Shown here: piece after piece, positions 5,907 to 14,294 of the stretch | Layout: every line of letters begins with the position of its first letter | Position numbering within the stretch: the stretch's first letter is position 1 | Source: Patescibacteria group bacterium | GTDB lineage: Bacteria; Patescibacteriota; Minisyncoccia; UBA6257; 02-FULL-45-10c | Length of the DNA stretch: 64,000 bases | NCBI GenBank assembly: GCA_018969615.1 | Contig: JAGWYA010000005.1 | Span: 1,286 to 65,285 of the forward strand | Direction of reading: 5' to 3' | Translations under genes and position numbers: made by a program | The notes under the pieces: generated by a model | What the model was told of the DNA's origin: nothing | Database searches by the model: none | The model's input: only the letters and a program-made list of their open reading frames with translations

Positions 5907-7757
5907 TCACGCACCTTGCTTCGGGCTTTTGATGGTGACCTCGTAGATGTCCGGATTGATGTCCGGGTCTTGTTCGATGGCGAGCTGGATCCGGCGGTTG
6001 GTCTGATTATGGAGGAAGAAATGCCACCAGCGGGTCGATGCGGTCTGCGGGATGAAAACGATCATCGCATCATTCGTCCATTTTCGGTCGGTTTCTTTGA
6101 GATAGGCGAGGATCGGACCGATCAGGTCGCGATATTCAGAGTGAAGGACGTCGAGCGGCACGTCGGGAACGTAGCGTTCCCAGAGCCGCTGCACTTCCTC
6201 GCCCTCGTCTTTGTTGATCGCAACATGGACTGCGCGAATATGGGCCGGCTGGAACGATTTGGCGAGTTTGAGCGCATAGAGCGTGCCCCGATTGAAACGG
6301 GAGACAAGGAGAACCGCGGTTTTTTCAGGGACGACTTCGGGCAGCGGTTCATTGCCGAGCTTCAGAACGTTGTGGACACGGCCGTAGTGGTTCTTGATAT
6401 GGCGCATGCCGACGACCACAAAAAAGATGCCGGGAACCAGGAGCCAGGCTCCGTAAATGAACTTTGAGAAGAAGACGATCAGGAAAACGACCGCGGTCGC
6501 GGTGAACCCGATAATGTTGATGGCGACGTTCTTGATCGGAACCCGCTCTTCATTGAACCAGTGAATGATCATGCCGAACTGGGAGATCGAGAATCCCAGG
6601 AAGACGCCGACGGCATACAGCGGGATGATATTATGAACGTCGCCGCCAAAGATATAGAGAATGAAAGACGAGAAGAGCGCAAGGAAGAAGATGCCGTTCG
6701 CAAAGACGAGGCGAGAACCCAGATTCAGGAACTGGCGAGGGAAATATTCGTCTTTAGCGAGCTGCGAGGCGACGCGCGGAAAATCAGCGAACGGCGTGTT
6801 GGCGGCGAGCAGGAGGATGATCGCGGTGATGGCTTGGACGAGATAATAGAACGGCGATCCATTGAAAAGAAGATGGGCGATCTGCGAAAGGACCGTTTCA
6901 TTGGCGACCGGAACGATCTTTCCCCAAAAAGCGAGCGCGGTGATGCCAAGGAAGATCCCGCCGAGGATAAGCGCCATGCGCTGGAGCGTTTTGGCGGCAT
7001 TTTCCGCTTCGGGGCTTTTAAAGGCCTGGACGCCGTTCGAGATCGCTTCAATGCCGGTCATGGCGGTGCAGCCTGCGGCGAATGCATGGAAGATCAGAAG
7101 GATGCCCAGGGTTCCGATCTCGGGAACGGGGCCGGGAAGCGGCTGGACCGCGACGGGAAAAGTACCCGTGAGGTGGCGCCAGAGGCCGTAGAGGATCATG
7201 CCGCCGAAGGAGAGCATGAAGATATAGGTCGGAATGGAGAAGATCCGTCCGGATTCGCGCACGCCGCGGAGGTTCGCCCAAGTAAGGAGCAGAATGACGG
7301 CGATGCCGATCGCGATGCGGTGCGGGAAGAGTACGGGGAACGCTGAGGTGATCGCGGCGACGCCGGCGGCCGCGGAGACTGCGGTGGTCAGAACATAGTC
7401 GACCAGGAGCGATGCGGCGCCGATCAGGGCGGGATATTCTCCCAAGTTCTTTTTCGCGACATTATAGACGCCGCCTCCCTGCGGATAGGCGTGGATGACC
7501 TGGTGATAGGAAAGTGCGACGAGAAGGATGAGGCCGACGATCGTCAGCGCGATCGGGACGGAAATGAAGGACATGCTCGCTCCCGCGGTCGCAAGGACAA
7601 GCAGGATCTCTTCGGTCGCATAGGCCGTGGACGAGAGCGCATCAGCGCCGAAGATCGCAAGGCCCTGCATGTTGGTGAGGCGCTCATGCCGGATCGCGCT
7701 TGTCGCAAGCGGTTTCCCGAGCAGGCGTTCTTTCCAGTCTTTCCAGGAGGAGGCCAT
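5907..7757 (-). CDS. APC-superfamily amino-acid permease with a C-terminal cytoplasmic domain
   Basis: 616 aa. About 12 predicted TM segments with typical APC motifs, plus a hydrophilic C-terminal domain of about 150 aa. Confidence 0.88.
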   Translation of the reverse strand: MASSWKDWKERLLGKPLATSAIRHERLTNMQGLAIFGADALSSTAYATEEILLVLATAGASMSFISVPIALTIVGLILLVALSYHQVIHAYPQGGGVYNVAKKNLGEYPALIGAASLLVDYVLTTAVSAAAGVAAITSAFPVLFPHRIAIGIAVILLLTWANLRGVRESGRIFSIPTYIFMLSFGGMILYGLWRHLTGTFPVAVQPLPGPVPEIGTLGILLIFHAFAAGCTAMTGIEAISNGVQAFKSPEAENAAKTLQRMALILGGIFLGITALAFWGKIVPVANETVLSQIAHLLFNGSPFYYLVQAITAIILLLAANTPFADFPRVASQLAKDEYFPRQFLNLGSRLVFANGIFFLALFSSFILYIFGGDVHNIIPLYAVGVFLGFSISQFGMIIHWFNEERVPIKNVAINIIGFTATAVVFLIVFFSKFIYGAWLLVPGIFFVVVGMRHIKNHYGRVHNVLKLGNEPLPEVVPEKTAVLLVSRFNRGTLYALKLAKSFQPAHIRAVHVAINKDEGEEVQRLWERYVPDVPLDVLHSEYRDLIGPILAYLKETDRKWTNDAMIVFIPQTASTRWWHFFLHNQTNRRIQLAIEQDPDINPDIYEVTIKSPKQGA

Positions 7758-7840
7758 AAGTCTTTTTATTATACATGATGCCCGGAATATATCAGGAGGG
7801 AGCCCTGGCGCAAATCGGCCGACTTTGTTAGAACTAAGGC

Positions 7841-8557
7841 ATGAAACTCCATCGTTTTTTCATAGCCCCGGGCATGATCGAAGGTGGGATGATCCGCATT
7901 GATGATGCAGGAATACTGCATCAAATGAAGGACGTGCTCCGGTTCAAGCCGAATGATACGGTGGTTTTTTTGGACGGGACCGGTAAGGAGTATGAAGCGG
8001 TCATTGCCGAGCTTGCGCCGAAGTTCCTTCGTGCGGATATTACAGAGACTCGGGAGAATAAGAATGAGCCGGCGCTCCGGATCACGCTGTATCAGTCTTT
8101 GTGTAAAAAGGATAAGTTCGAATGGATCGTTGAAAAAGGGACTGAGGTCGGCGTGACCGCGTTCGTGCCGGTGCAGGCGTCGCGCTCGGAAAAATTAGGA
8201 TTGAACCGCGAGCGCGCGGAAAGGATCCTGCAGGAAGCGGCCGAGCAGTCGGAGCGGGGGATCGTGCCGTCATTGGGCGAGACTCTTTCGGTTGCAGAGG
8301 CGCTTGATGCCGCGCAGGGCGAAAAGATTCTCTTAGATGGTTCCGGTGAGTCTATTCATACATTCGACTTTCGACATTCGACTGATCGACTGAATCTTTT
8401 CGTCGGCCCCGAAGGAGGTTGGGCGCCTGAAGAGATCGCTTTGGCGCGTGAAAAAGGGGCGCGGATCGTCTCCATGGGCCCGCGCGTGCTCCGGACGGAG
8501 ACCGCGGGCATGGTCGCGGCGGCGGTTTTTTTAATGAAGGGTGAAGGGGTATACTAG
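7841..8557 (+). CDS. rsmE: 16S rRNA (uracil1498-N3)-methyltransferase RsmE
   Basis: N-terminal PUA-like region, a C-terminal SPOUT domain, and the conserved GPEGG...LRTETA motifs. Contains an in-frame heptamer-repeat tract at 8362-8396. Confidence 0.88.
   Translation: MKLHRFFIAPGMIEGGMIRIDDAGILHQMKDVLRFKPNDTVVFLDGTGKEYEAVIAELAPKFLRADITETRENKNEPALRITLYQSLCKKDKFEWIVEKGTEVGVTAFVPVQASRSEKLGLNRERAERILQEAAEQSERGIVPSLGETLSVAEALDAAQGEKILLDGSGESIHTFDFRHSTDRLNLFVGPEGGWAPEEIALAREKGARIVSMGPRVLRTETAGMVAAAVFLMKGEGVY
8362..8396 (+). repeat. tandem heptanucleotide tract: ATTCGAC TTTCGAC ATTCGAC TGATCGAC TGAATC. It sits inside rsmE and encodes HTFDFRHSTDRL.
   Basis: Direct reading of the sequence. The same NTTYGAC tandem motif recurs at 20401-20475, 24513-24548, 24672-24736, 24988-25045, 28314-28345 and 61326-61368. 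Confidence 0.85.
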
Positions 8558-8561
8558 GGGT

Positions 8562-9587
8562 ATGCACAAGATCACCGCATTCGTAGTGGCCGAAACGACC
8601 CGGCCGAAGAAAGGAAAGAAAGAAGCGGCTCTTGCGCCGTTGGTTAAGAGCGCCCCGCATTATTTCGAGAAGTCGGTTCCGGCCCAATTCATCGTAGGGC
8701 ATGAGACGGTGACCATCGGGGAGCATGCGATCGAACTGACCGCAAAATCATATCCGCCGGACGTTATTTTAGTGGAGGGAACGATCGATGCCGATGATAT
8801 TTTTGTGGAAGGAATGCTTGATCTGAAGGAGAAGCTGATCGAGGCGTGCTATCAGTTCGCGAAGAAAAAAGGGGCAAAGGATGAGCCGGCCGAAGAATAT
8901 ACCGTGTATCAGGTCTCGGGATATAAAGGAGATCCGGAGCTTTTCCTCAAGACGCAATCACAGCGGATCGCGGGCTTACTGAAGACCGAAAAGCTTGCGC
9001 TCGATGAAAAGGAGATCGAGCATACCCTTTCGTTCCAGTTCAAGTACGCGAAGGACGATCTCGTGATCATTGATTGGGACGGAGCGTTCATTTTCGATCC
9101 GAACGGCGAATTCGGGGAGATCGTCGAGCTTCTTGAGCTTGCGAATTATCAGTTGCTCCGATACCGCATGCTCGACATGGATCTGGATGATCGTCTGCAT
9201 AAGGCGTCGAAGCTGACCGAGACGGCAAACCGCCGCTGGTGGTTCTTCGGCACGAAAGAGATCGGCCAGGCGTACCAGGAGGTGATCAGCCTGCGTTCGC
9301 AATCCATTTCCGAGTTCGAGGCGCTTGACCGTGACATTAAATTGATCGGCGACTGGTATCTTGCGCGTTTGTATGAGCTCGCGACGAAGAAGTTCAAGCT
9401 TGATATCTGGCGCGAATCGGTCAAAGAAAAGCTTGAATCGCTTGAGGACGTGTATTCGATCATTTCAGAGAATTTCAGCATCTCCAAGGAGCAGATCGTG
9501 GATATGGTCCAGGCCGCCGGCTGGCTCATCTTGCTCATCGGCTATTTTGTGCTATTCTTTTTAGAGTCCAAAGGGATCAAGTGGTAG
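8562..9587 (+). CDS. hypothetical protein with a C-terminal TM helix
   Basis: ORF in the track. Start trimmed to MHKIT (8562), just after the rsmE stop. No confident family; DUF155/RMD1-like topology is possible. Confidence 0.55.
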   Translation: MHKITAFVVAETTRPKKGKKEAALAPLVKSAPHYFEKSVPAQFIVGHETVTIGEHAIELTAKSYPPDVILVEGTIDADDIFVEGMLDLKEKLIEACYQFAKKKGAKDEPAEEYTVYQVSGYKGDPELFLKTQSQRIAGLLKTEKLALDEKEIEHTLSFQFKYAKDDLVIIDWDGAFIFDPNGEFGEIVELLELANYQLLRYRMLDMDLDDRLHKASKLTETANRRWWFFGTKEIGQAYQEVISLRSQSISEFEALDRDIKLIGDWYLARLYELATKKFKLDIWRESVKEKLESLEDVYSIISENFSISKEQIVDMVQAAGWLILLIGYFVLFFLESKGIKW

Positions 9588-9630
9588 GTGAGTTTCGCGG
9601 CATTTTTACCCCCACACCATAGTGTTAAAT

Positions 9631-9701
9631 GGGCCTATGGTATAGTGGCAGAACGGTACATTCGCATTGTACAGACGGCGGTTCGATTCCGCCTAGGTCC
9701 A
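9631..9701 (+). tRNA. tRNA-Ala (anticodon CGC); no encoded CCA
   Basis: Acceptor GGGCCTA/TAGGTCC with G3:U70. Anticodon stem GTACA/TGTAC with loop TTCGCAT, anticodon CGC. T-arm GGCGG-TTCGATT-CCGCC. The D-arm is less regular. Confidence 0.75.
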
Positions 9702-9896
9702 CAGGGATTTTAGATCTGTATGGTGTGGGGGCAAGTTGCCGAGTCAGGAGTTCCCTGCCTGCTCGCCTCGCTGACACTCCGGCGAAGCGGGCCGGCAGGC
9801 AGGGATTCTTCTCAGGTCCACAAATTCTAAACCCGCCAAACGGCGGGTTTAGAATTTCTTGAAGAAACCCGAGAGAATCGAGCTCTTTTATTTTTT

Positions 9897-12308
9897 ATGC
9901 CGCCGGAAAAGGACTATACTGGAATTATGGAACAATTGGGACTGACACAATCGGAAGCGGACCTGCGTCTTGAAAAATACGGATCGAACGATGTTGAGGA
10001 ACAGAAAGTAAGTTTCTTCAAGACCTATATCACGCCGCTGTTCTCGCCGATCTCGCTGATGCTGCTCGGAGCGGCGGTCTTGTCGCGGATTGACGGACGT
10101 ATTTTTGATTTTTACTTCATCTTGTTCTTGTATGTCGTGAACTATTCGATCCAGAAATGGCAGGAGTTCAAGGCGGATAAGGCGATCAAAGAGCTGCGGG
10201 ATAAGCTTTCATTCGATGTCCATGTGCTGCGGGACGGGAAATGGGGGTTTGTGAACGCGAAAAAGCTCGTGCCGGGAGACCGCATTCGTCTGGGGTTGGG
10301 CAGTATCATTCCGGCTGACGGCACCGTTGTCGCCTCAAAGAACCTTTCCGTGAATGAAGCGGTGCTGACCGGCGAATCAATGCCGAAGGATAAAAAGACG
10401 GGGGACAAGATCTTCTCGGGAGCGTTCATTGCGACCGGGAGCTTGGAGGCGGATGTGACGGCGACCGGAAAGAACACCAGTTTCGGCAAGACGATCTTTT
10501 CGATCGAGAAATCGACGGAAAAAAGTATTTTGGAAAAGGATATTCTGCGTATTACACGTTTTTTAACGATCGCGGCCGTTTTCGCCGTTTTACTGCTCTC
10601 AACTGTTTTGTTGTTGAGGGGATATGCCTGGTCCGATCTTCTGACGCTTGATCTGAGCTTGGTCATCGCGGGTATTCCGGTAGCGCTGCCGGCGGTCATG
10701 GCGATCATTTTGAGCATCGGTGCGGCGGGATTGGCGAAAAAACTGGTGGTGGTCCGCCGCCTTTCCGCACTGCAGGACCTTGCGAACGTGAACATGGTGC
10801 TGAGCGATAAGACCGGCACGCTGACGAAGAATGAGATCAGCGTCATGAATGTTTTGTCATACCGCCATGCGCTGCAAGGCGAGGACGTGTTGCGATTGGC
10901 GAAATACGCAACGGCGGCTGAAACACCCGATGCGATCGACACCGCGATCATCAAGAAGCTCGAGGAAATGCACGCTCCGGCGGATGAGGGAAGAGTGACG
11001 GATTTCATTCCGTATGATTCCGACCGCAAACGGACGACGGCGATGGTGGAAGAGCAGGGGAAGCGTTTTGTGGTGAGCATGGGCGCTTCGCAGGTCATCC
11101 AGGGGCTCGGCGGTTTTGATACGCCGGAGATGGAAAAGAGCTTTGAAGAGGATATTGCGCGCGCCGCGCAGGGCGGGTTTCGGGTGCTGGCGGTTGCCGT
11201 GCGCGAAGGTGATATAAAAGAAGAGGGGATGTCGGTCATCGGCCTGATCTTTCTCGCCGATCCGCTTGATGAGACCTCAAAGGAAACGATCCAATTCATG
11301 CGCGAGAACGGCATTGGCGTGAAGATGGTGACGGGGGATAATAAAGTGATCGCCGAGCGTATCGCAAATGAGCTTGATATGCCGGGCCGGGTCCTTTCCG
11401 AGAAAGAAACGAAGGCGTTCTATCAGGATCCGAAGGCGGTCAAAGAGCAGGCGGCGGATATTGCGGTGTTCGCGGAGATCCTTCCGAAGGACAAATACGA
11501 GCTGGTGCGGGCGTTCAGGGATGACGGCTACGTGGTCGCTTCGACGGGCGACGGGATCAATGATCTTCCGGCGCTGAAGACGGCGAACGTCGGCATCGCG
11601 GTCGCCGGCGCGGTCAGCGCGCTGAAGAGCCTTGCGGATATCGTGCTGCTTGGCCGGGGCATTTCCGTCATTAAGGACGCGATCATCGAATCGCGCAAGA
11701 TCTTCGTTCGCCTCTATAACTATTCGGTCTATCGTATCTCGGAAAGTTTCCGGCTTATCGTGACGATCCTGATCCTGGGCATCGCCTACGGTTTTTATCC
11801 GCTGGAGCCGCTTCAGATCATTTTGCTCGCATTCTTGAACGACCTCCCGATCATTTCGCTCGCGTTCGACCGGGTGAAGATCTCGCCGAAGCCGTCGTCG
11901 ATCCAGCCTGCACGCCGCCTTGGTTTAAGCGTTATGTACGGCGTGGTCGGCACAATGAACAGTTTGGTGATGTTCTTTGTGATCATGAACGTTCTGCATA
12001 TGCCGCTGGGGGTTGTGCAGACGATGTTCTTTCTGAAGCTCATGGTATCGGGCCATATGCTGATCTTCGTGGCGCATACGAAAGAGCGCTGGTGGAGATT
12101 CCTGCCGAGCCATCAGGTGATCATCGCAACGTTGACGACGCAGGTCGTGGCGACGGCGCTCGCGGTGACAGGATTCATGATGCCGGCGCCGATCTCGCTG
12201 GGTGCGGCGTCGTTCGTATGGATCTGGTCGCTTGCCTGGATGCAGCTGACCGAATTCTCCAAGGACGTGCAGGAATGGTGGCTTCGCCGCCACGGTTTGC
12301 CGGTGTAA
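9897..12308 (+). CDS. P-type cation-transporting ATPase (E1-E2 ATPase; plasma-membrane H+/Mg2+/Ca2+-type)
   Basis: Phosphorylation motif DKTGTLT. Also TGDN and GDGINDLPAL, with N- and C-terminal TM bundles. 803 aa. The start could instead be the downstream Met (MEQLG, 9927). Confidence 0.9.
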   Translation: MPPEKDYTGIMEQLGLTQSEADLRLEKYGSNDVEEQKVSFFKTYITPLFSPISLMLLGAAVLSRIDGRIFDFYFILFLYVVNYSIQKWQEFKADKAIKELRDKLSFDVHVLRDGKWGFVNAKKLVPGDRIRLGLGSIIPADGTVVASKNLSVNEAVLTGESMPKDKKTGDKIFSGAFIATGSLEADVTATGKNTSFGKTIFSIEKSTEKSILEKDILRITRFLTIAAVFAVLLLSTVLLLRGYAWSDLLTLDLSLVIAGIPVALPAVMAIILSIGAAGLAKKLVVVRRLSALQDLANVNMVLSDKTGTLTKNEISVMNVLSYRHALQGEDVLRLAKYATAAETPDAIDTAIIKKLEEMHAPADEGRVTDFIPYDSDRKRTTAMVEEQGKRFVVSMGASQVIQGLGGFDTPEMEKSFEEDIARAAQGGFRVLAVAVREGDIKEEGMSVIGLIFLADPLDETSKETIQFMRENGIGVKMVTGDNKVIAERIANELDMPGRVLSEKETKAFYQDPKAVKEQAADIAVFAEILPKDKYELVRAFRDDGYVVASTGDGINDLPALKTANVGIAVAGAVSALKSLADIVLLGRGISVIKDAIIESRKIFVRLYNYSVYRISESFRLIVTILILGIAYGFYPLEPLQIILLAFLNDLPIISLAFDRVKISPKPSSIQPARRLGLSVMYGVVGTMNSLVMFFVIMNVLHMPLGVVQTMFFLKLMVSGHMLIFVAHTKERWWRFLPSHQVIIATLTTQVVATALAVTGFMMPAPISLGAASFVWIWSLAWMQLTEFSKDVQEWWLRRHGLPV

Positions 12309-12316
12309 GGGAAAAG

Positions 12317-12345
12317 AAAAAGATCCCCTAACCGGGGATCTTTTT
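12317..12345 (+). terminator. rho-independent terminator after the P-type ATPase
   Basis: Stem AAAAAGATCCCC/GGGGATCTTTTT with loop taac and a T-run. Confidence 0.8.
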
Positions 12346-12417
12346 AGAAGTGAAAAGGACCGTGTTCTGGTATACTGAAAGTACGAAAAGTCGCTTAAAA
12401 AATTTTATAATACGCAT

Positions 12418-13101
12418 ATGGTAATACAAACATGGACGGATGTGCTGATGGCTTCGTTTCAGAGCGTCTGGGCGCAGATCGCTGCCTGGCTGCCGTCGCT
12501 GATCGGAGCGTTGGCGCTGTTTATCATCGGTTTGATCATCGCGGCAGGGATCAGTTCGGTCATTGAGCGGGTTTTTCGGGCATTGCGGGTTGATGTGGCG
12601 CTTCGGAAGCTCGGGATCGAAGAGTTCCTTCGCCGCGCCGATCTGGAGCTGAATTCGGGATATTTCTTTGGTCAGTTGATGTATTGGTTCATCGTATTGG
12701 CGTTCCTGCTTGCCGCATCGGATATCCTCGGATTTTTTGCCCTTTCAAGCTTTATTCAGGATGTTCTGCTCTATTTGCCGAATGTGGCAATTGCCGTATT
12801 GATCATGATTGCCGCATTGGTCATTGCCAATTTGGCGCTTCGCCTGATACGGGCGTCGGTTTTAGGAGCAGAGATGCATTCGGCTCGGTTCCTTGCTTCA
12901 GCGGCATGGTGGGCGGTGATGATCTTTGGCATCCTTGCGGCATTGATGCAGCTGGGGATCGCCGTGGCGATGATCAATACGATCGTGACCGGCTTTGTAG
13001 CAATGATCGCGCTCGCCGGAGGGCTTGCCTTCGGCCTTGGCGGGAAGGATTTTGCGGCGCATTTCCTCCAAAAGCTCCAGGATGAAATAGAAGGGAAGTA
13101 A
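12418..13101 (+). CDS. multi-pass membrane protein with an internal repeat; possibly the conserved TM-helix-repeat / mechanosensitive-channel-associated family
   Basis: Six hydrophobic helices. Two similar halves. Acidic C-terminus. Confidence 0.55.
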   Translation: MVIQTWTDVLMASFQSVWAQIAAWLPSLIGALALFIIGLIIAAGISSVIERVFRALRVDVALRKLGIEEFLRRADLELNSGYFFGQLMYWFIVLAFLLAASDILGFFALSSFIQDVLLYLPNVAIAVLIMIAALVIANLALRLIRASVLGAEMHSARFLASAAWWAVMIFGILAALMQLGIAVAMINTIVTGFVAMIALAGGLAFGLGGKDFAAHFLQKLQDEIEGK

Positions 13102-13155
13102 CAAAAGGCCGCAATATGCGGCTTTCCGAAAGAACGTTACACGGCAATAGTATTG

Positions 13156-13418
13156 AAAGCAGGGCAGGTGTATATTTCTGTATTGAAATTCCACACAGAA
13201 ATATACACCTGCCCTGCTTTGACGAATTTCTGTATTGAAATTCCGCACAGAAATAGATATCCACCCTGTTCTTTTGGTGGTATATATGGTGTTACCGGGA
13301 AAGAAAAAGTAAGTTTTTGCTCTGTTTTTAAAGAATGTTTTTGGATGACAAAGAAAGCAAGGCAAGGACACATTTCTGTATTGAAATTCCACACAGAAAT
13401 TTGTCCTTGCCTTGCTTT
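13156..13418 (+). repeat. array of three family-1 hairpins sharing the 13-nt loop ATTGAAATTCC(A/G)C and the inner stem ATTTCTGT/ACAGAAAT. Hairpin A (13156-13220) has a perfect 26-bp stem. Hairpin B (13224-13252) has only the 8-bp inner stem. Hairpin C (13354-13418) has a 26-bp stem with one mismatch. The outer stems of A and C differ by compensatory changes.
   Basis: Left and right arms aligned by hand. A: aaagcagggcaggtgtatatttctgt / acagaaatatacacctgccctgcttt. C: aaagcaaggcaaggacacatttctgt / acagaaatttgtccttgccttgcttt. Confidence 0.85.
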
Positions 13419-13462
13419 AACTTGTTTTTTGATGTGGCATGATTTTCCATCCGCTTTTTTCA

Positions 13463-13492
13463 TTGACACCGCCGCCGTTTTTCGAGTACAAT
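13463..13492 (+). promoter_or_regulatory. sigma-70 promoter (TTGACA-18-TACAAT). The -10 ends 7 nt before the ATG at 13500, so the downstream regulator mRNA is probably leaderless.
   Basis: TTGACA at 13463-13468 and TACAAT at 13487-13492. No SD sequence. Confidence 0.6.
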
Positions 13493-13499
13493 AGAATCT

Positions 13500-14234
13500 A
13501 TGTTGTCGTCCGAGCAGATCACCGGAAAAGCGCGCGAGATCGCATACGCATTGGTGCGCGTTTCTTTTTATATCAAACGGAGCGATCTGCAGATCCGCAT
13601 CGAGCGCAGTGCGTTCGAGCTCCTGGAACAGGCGGCGCGCGTGAGCGTTGACTCGTCGGCGAAGACGGTGATGGCGGCATTGTCATCGATCGCGGTCCTG
13701 GATGCGCTGGTTCGCCTTGCGCATTCCATTTATGAGATCGAACCGGTGAACGCAACGATCCTGGTTCGCGAGCTTGATGCGTTGCATACGGCAATTCGGC
13801 AAACAGCGAACCTTGATGAGCGATTGCCGAATCTGGAAACATTTTTTTCGCAGGACAATGCATTGCCGAATGGATCGGAAGAAAAGAATGACGAGAGCGC
13901 AAGCGATGCGAATATGACAAAGACATACGGTGCCCAGGGCGATCAGAAAGAAGGGCATCAGGCAATTGCCGAAAAGTCAGAAGCAACCAGGCCGTCGGAA
14001 AAGAACCAGGCGCTCAATATCGCACTTCGCCAGTCATCTATTATAGAGACGATCCGCTCGGGTGCGGACTCGAGCCGCCGGTTAAAGGATATCCTGTCTG
14101 AGTTCAATGATGTCAGCGAGCGAACGATCCGCTATGACCTCCAAAAATTATGCGAACGGGGGGTGATTGAGCGGGTGGGGAACGGAGGCCCGGCGACCTA
14201 CTATCGGATCCCCGTGGAGGTATCGGTCCAATAG
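13500..14234 (+). CDS. two-domain regulator: an N-terminal four-helix-bundle domain (23S-rRNA-intervening-sequence-protein-like) fused to a C-terminal winged-helix HTH (DeoR/ArsR-like)
   Basis: N-terminal pattern ...AREIAYALVRVSFYIKRSDLQIRIERSAFELLEQAARVSV...LDALVRLAHSIYEIE. C-terminal ERTIRYDLQKLCERGVIERVGNGGPATYY. A low-complexity acidic linker lies between them. Confidence 0.65.
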   Translation: MLSSEQITGKAREIAYALVRVSFYIKRSDLQIRIERSAFELLEQAARVSVDSSAKTVMAALSSIAVLDALVRLAHSIYEIEPVNATILVRELDALHTAIRQTANLDERLPNLETFFSQDNALPNGSEEKNDESASDANMTKTYGAQGDQKEGHQAIAEKSEATRPSEKNQALNIALRQSSIIETIRSGADSSRRLKDILSEFNDVSERTIRYDLQKLCERGVIERVGNGGPATYYRIPVEVSVQ

Positions 14235-14264
14235 GAAGACGTGATAGGTCTCAGGGGAAAAATC

Positions 14265-14293
14265 TTGCATTTTTCCCGCGTCTGTGCTAATAT
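14265..14293 (+). promoter_or_regulatory. sigma-70 promoter (TTGCAT-17-TAATAT) at the start of a ~280-nt unit with no convincing ORF
   Basis: -35 at 14265-14270 and -10 at 14288-14293. A terminator lies downstream at 14543-14575. Confidence 0.55.
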
Positions 14294-14294
14294 A

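Noticed and set aside
6561-7346. 261-aa plus-strand ORF
   Set aside because: Antisense to the APC permease gene. It is an Asp/Glu/Arg-rich low-complexity translation.
10142-11314. 390-aa minus-strand ORF
   Set aside because: Antisense to the P-type ATPase gene, which has clear DKTGTLT and GDGINDLPAL motifs. The ORF is Ser/Arg-rich with low complexity.
13150-13420. Possible CRISPR array: three ~29-nt repeats ATTTCTGTATTGAAATTCCACACAGAAAT with intervening 'spacers'
   Set aside because: There are only three copies and they are irregularly spaced (48 nt, then ~120 nt). The sequences flanking each repeat are reverse complements of one another, so each unit is one long hairpin rather than a repeat-spacer-repeat. 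No cas genes are in the window.
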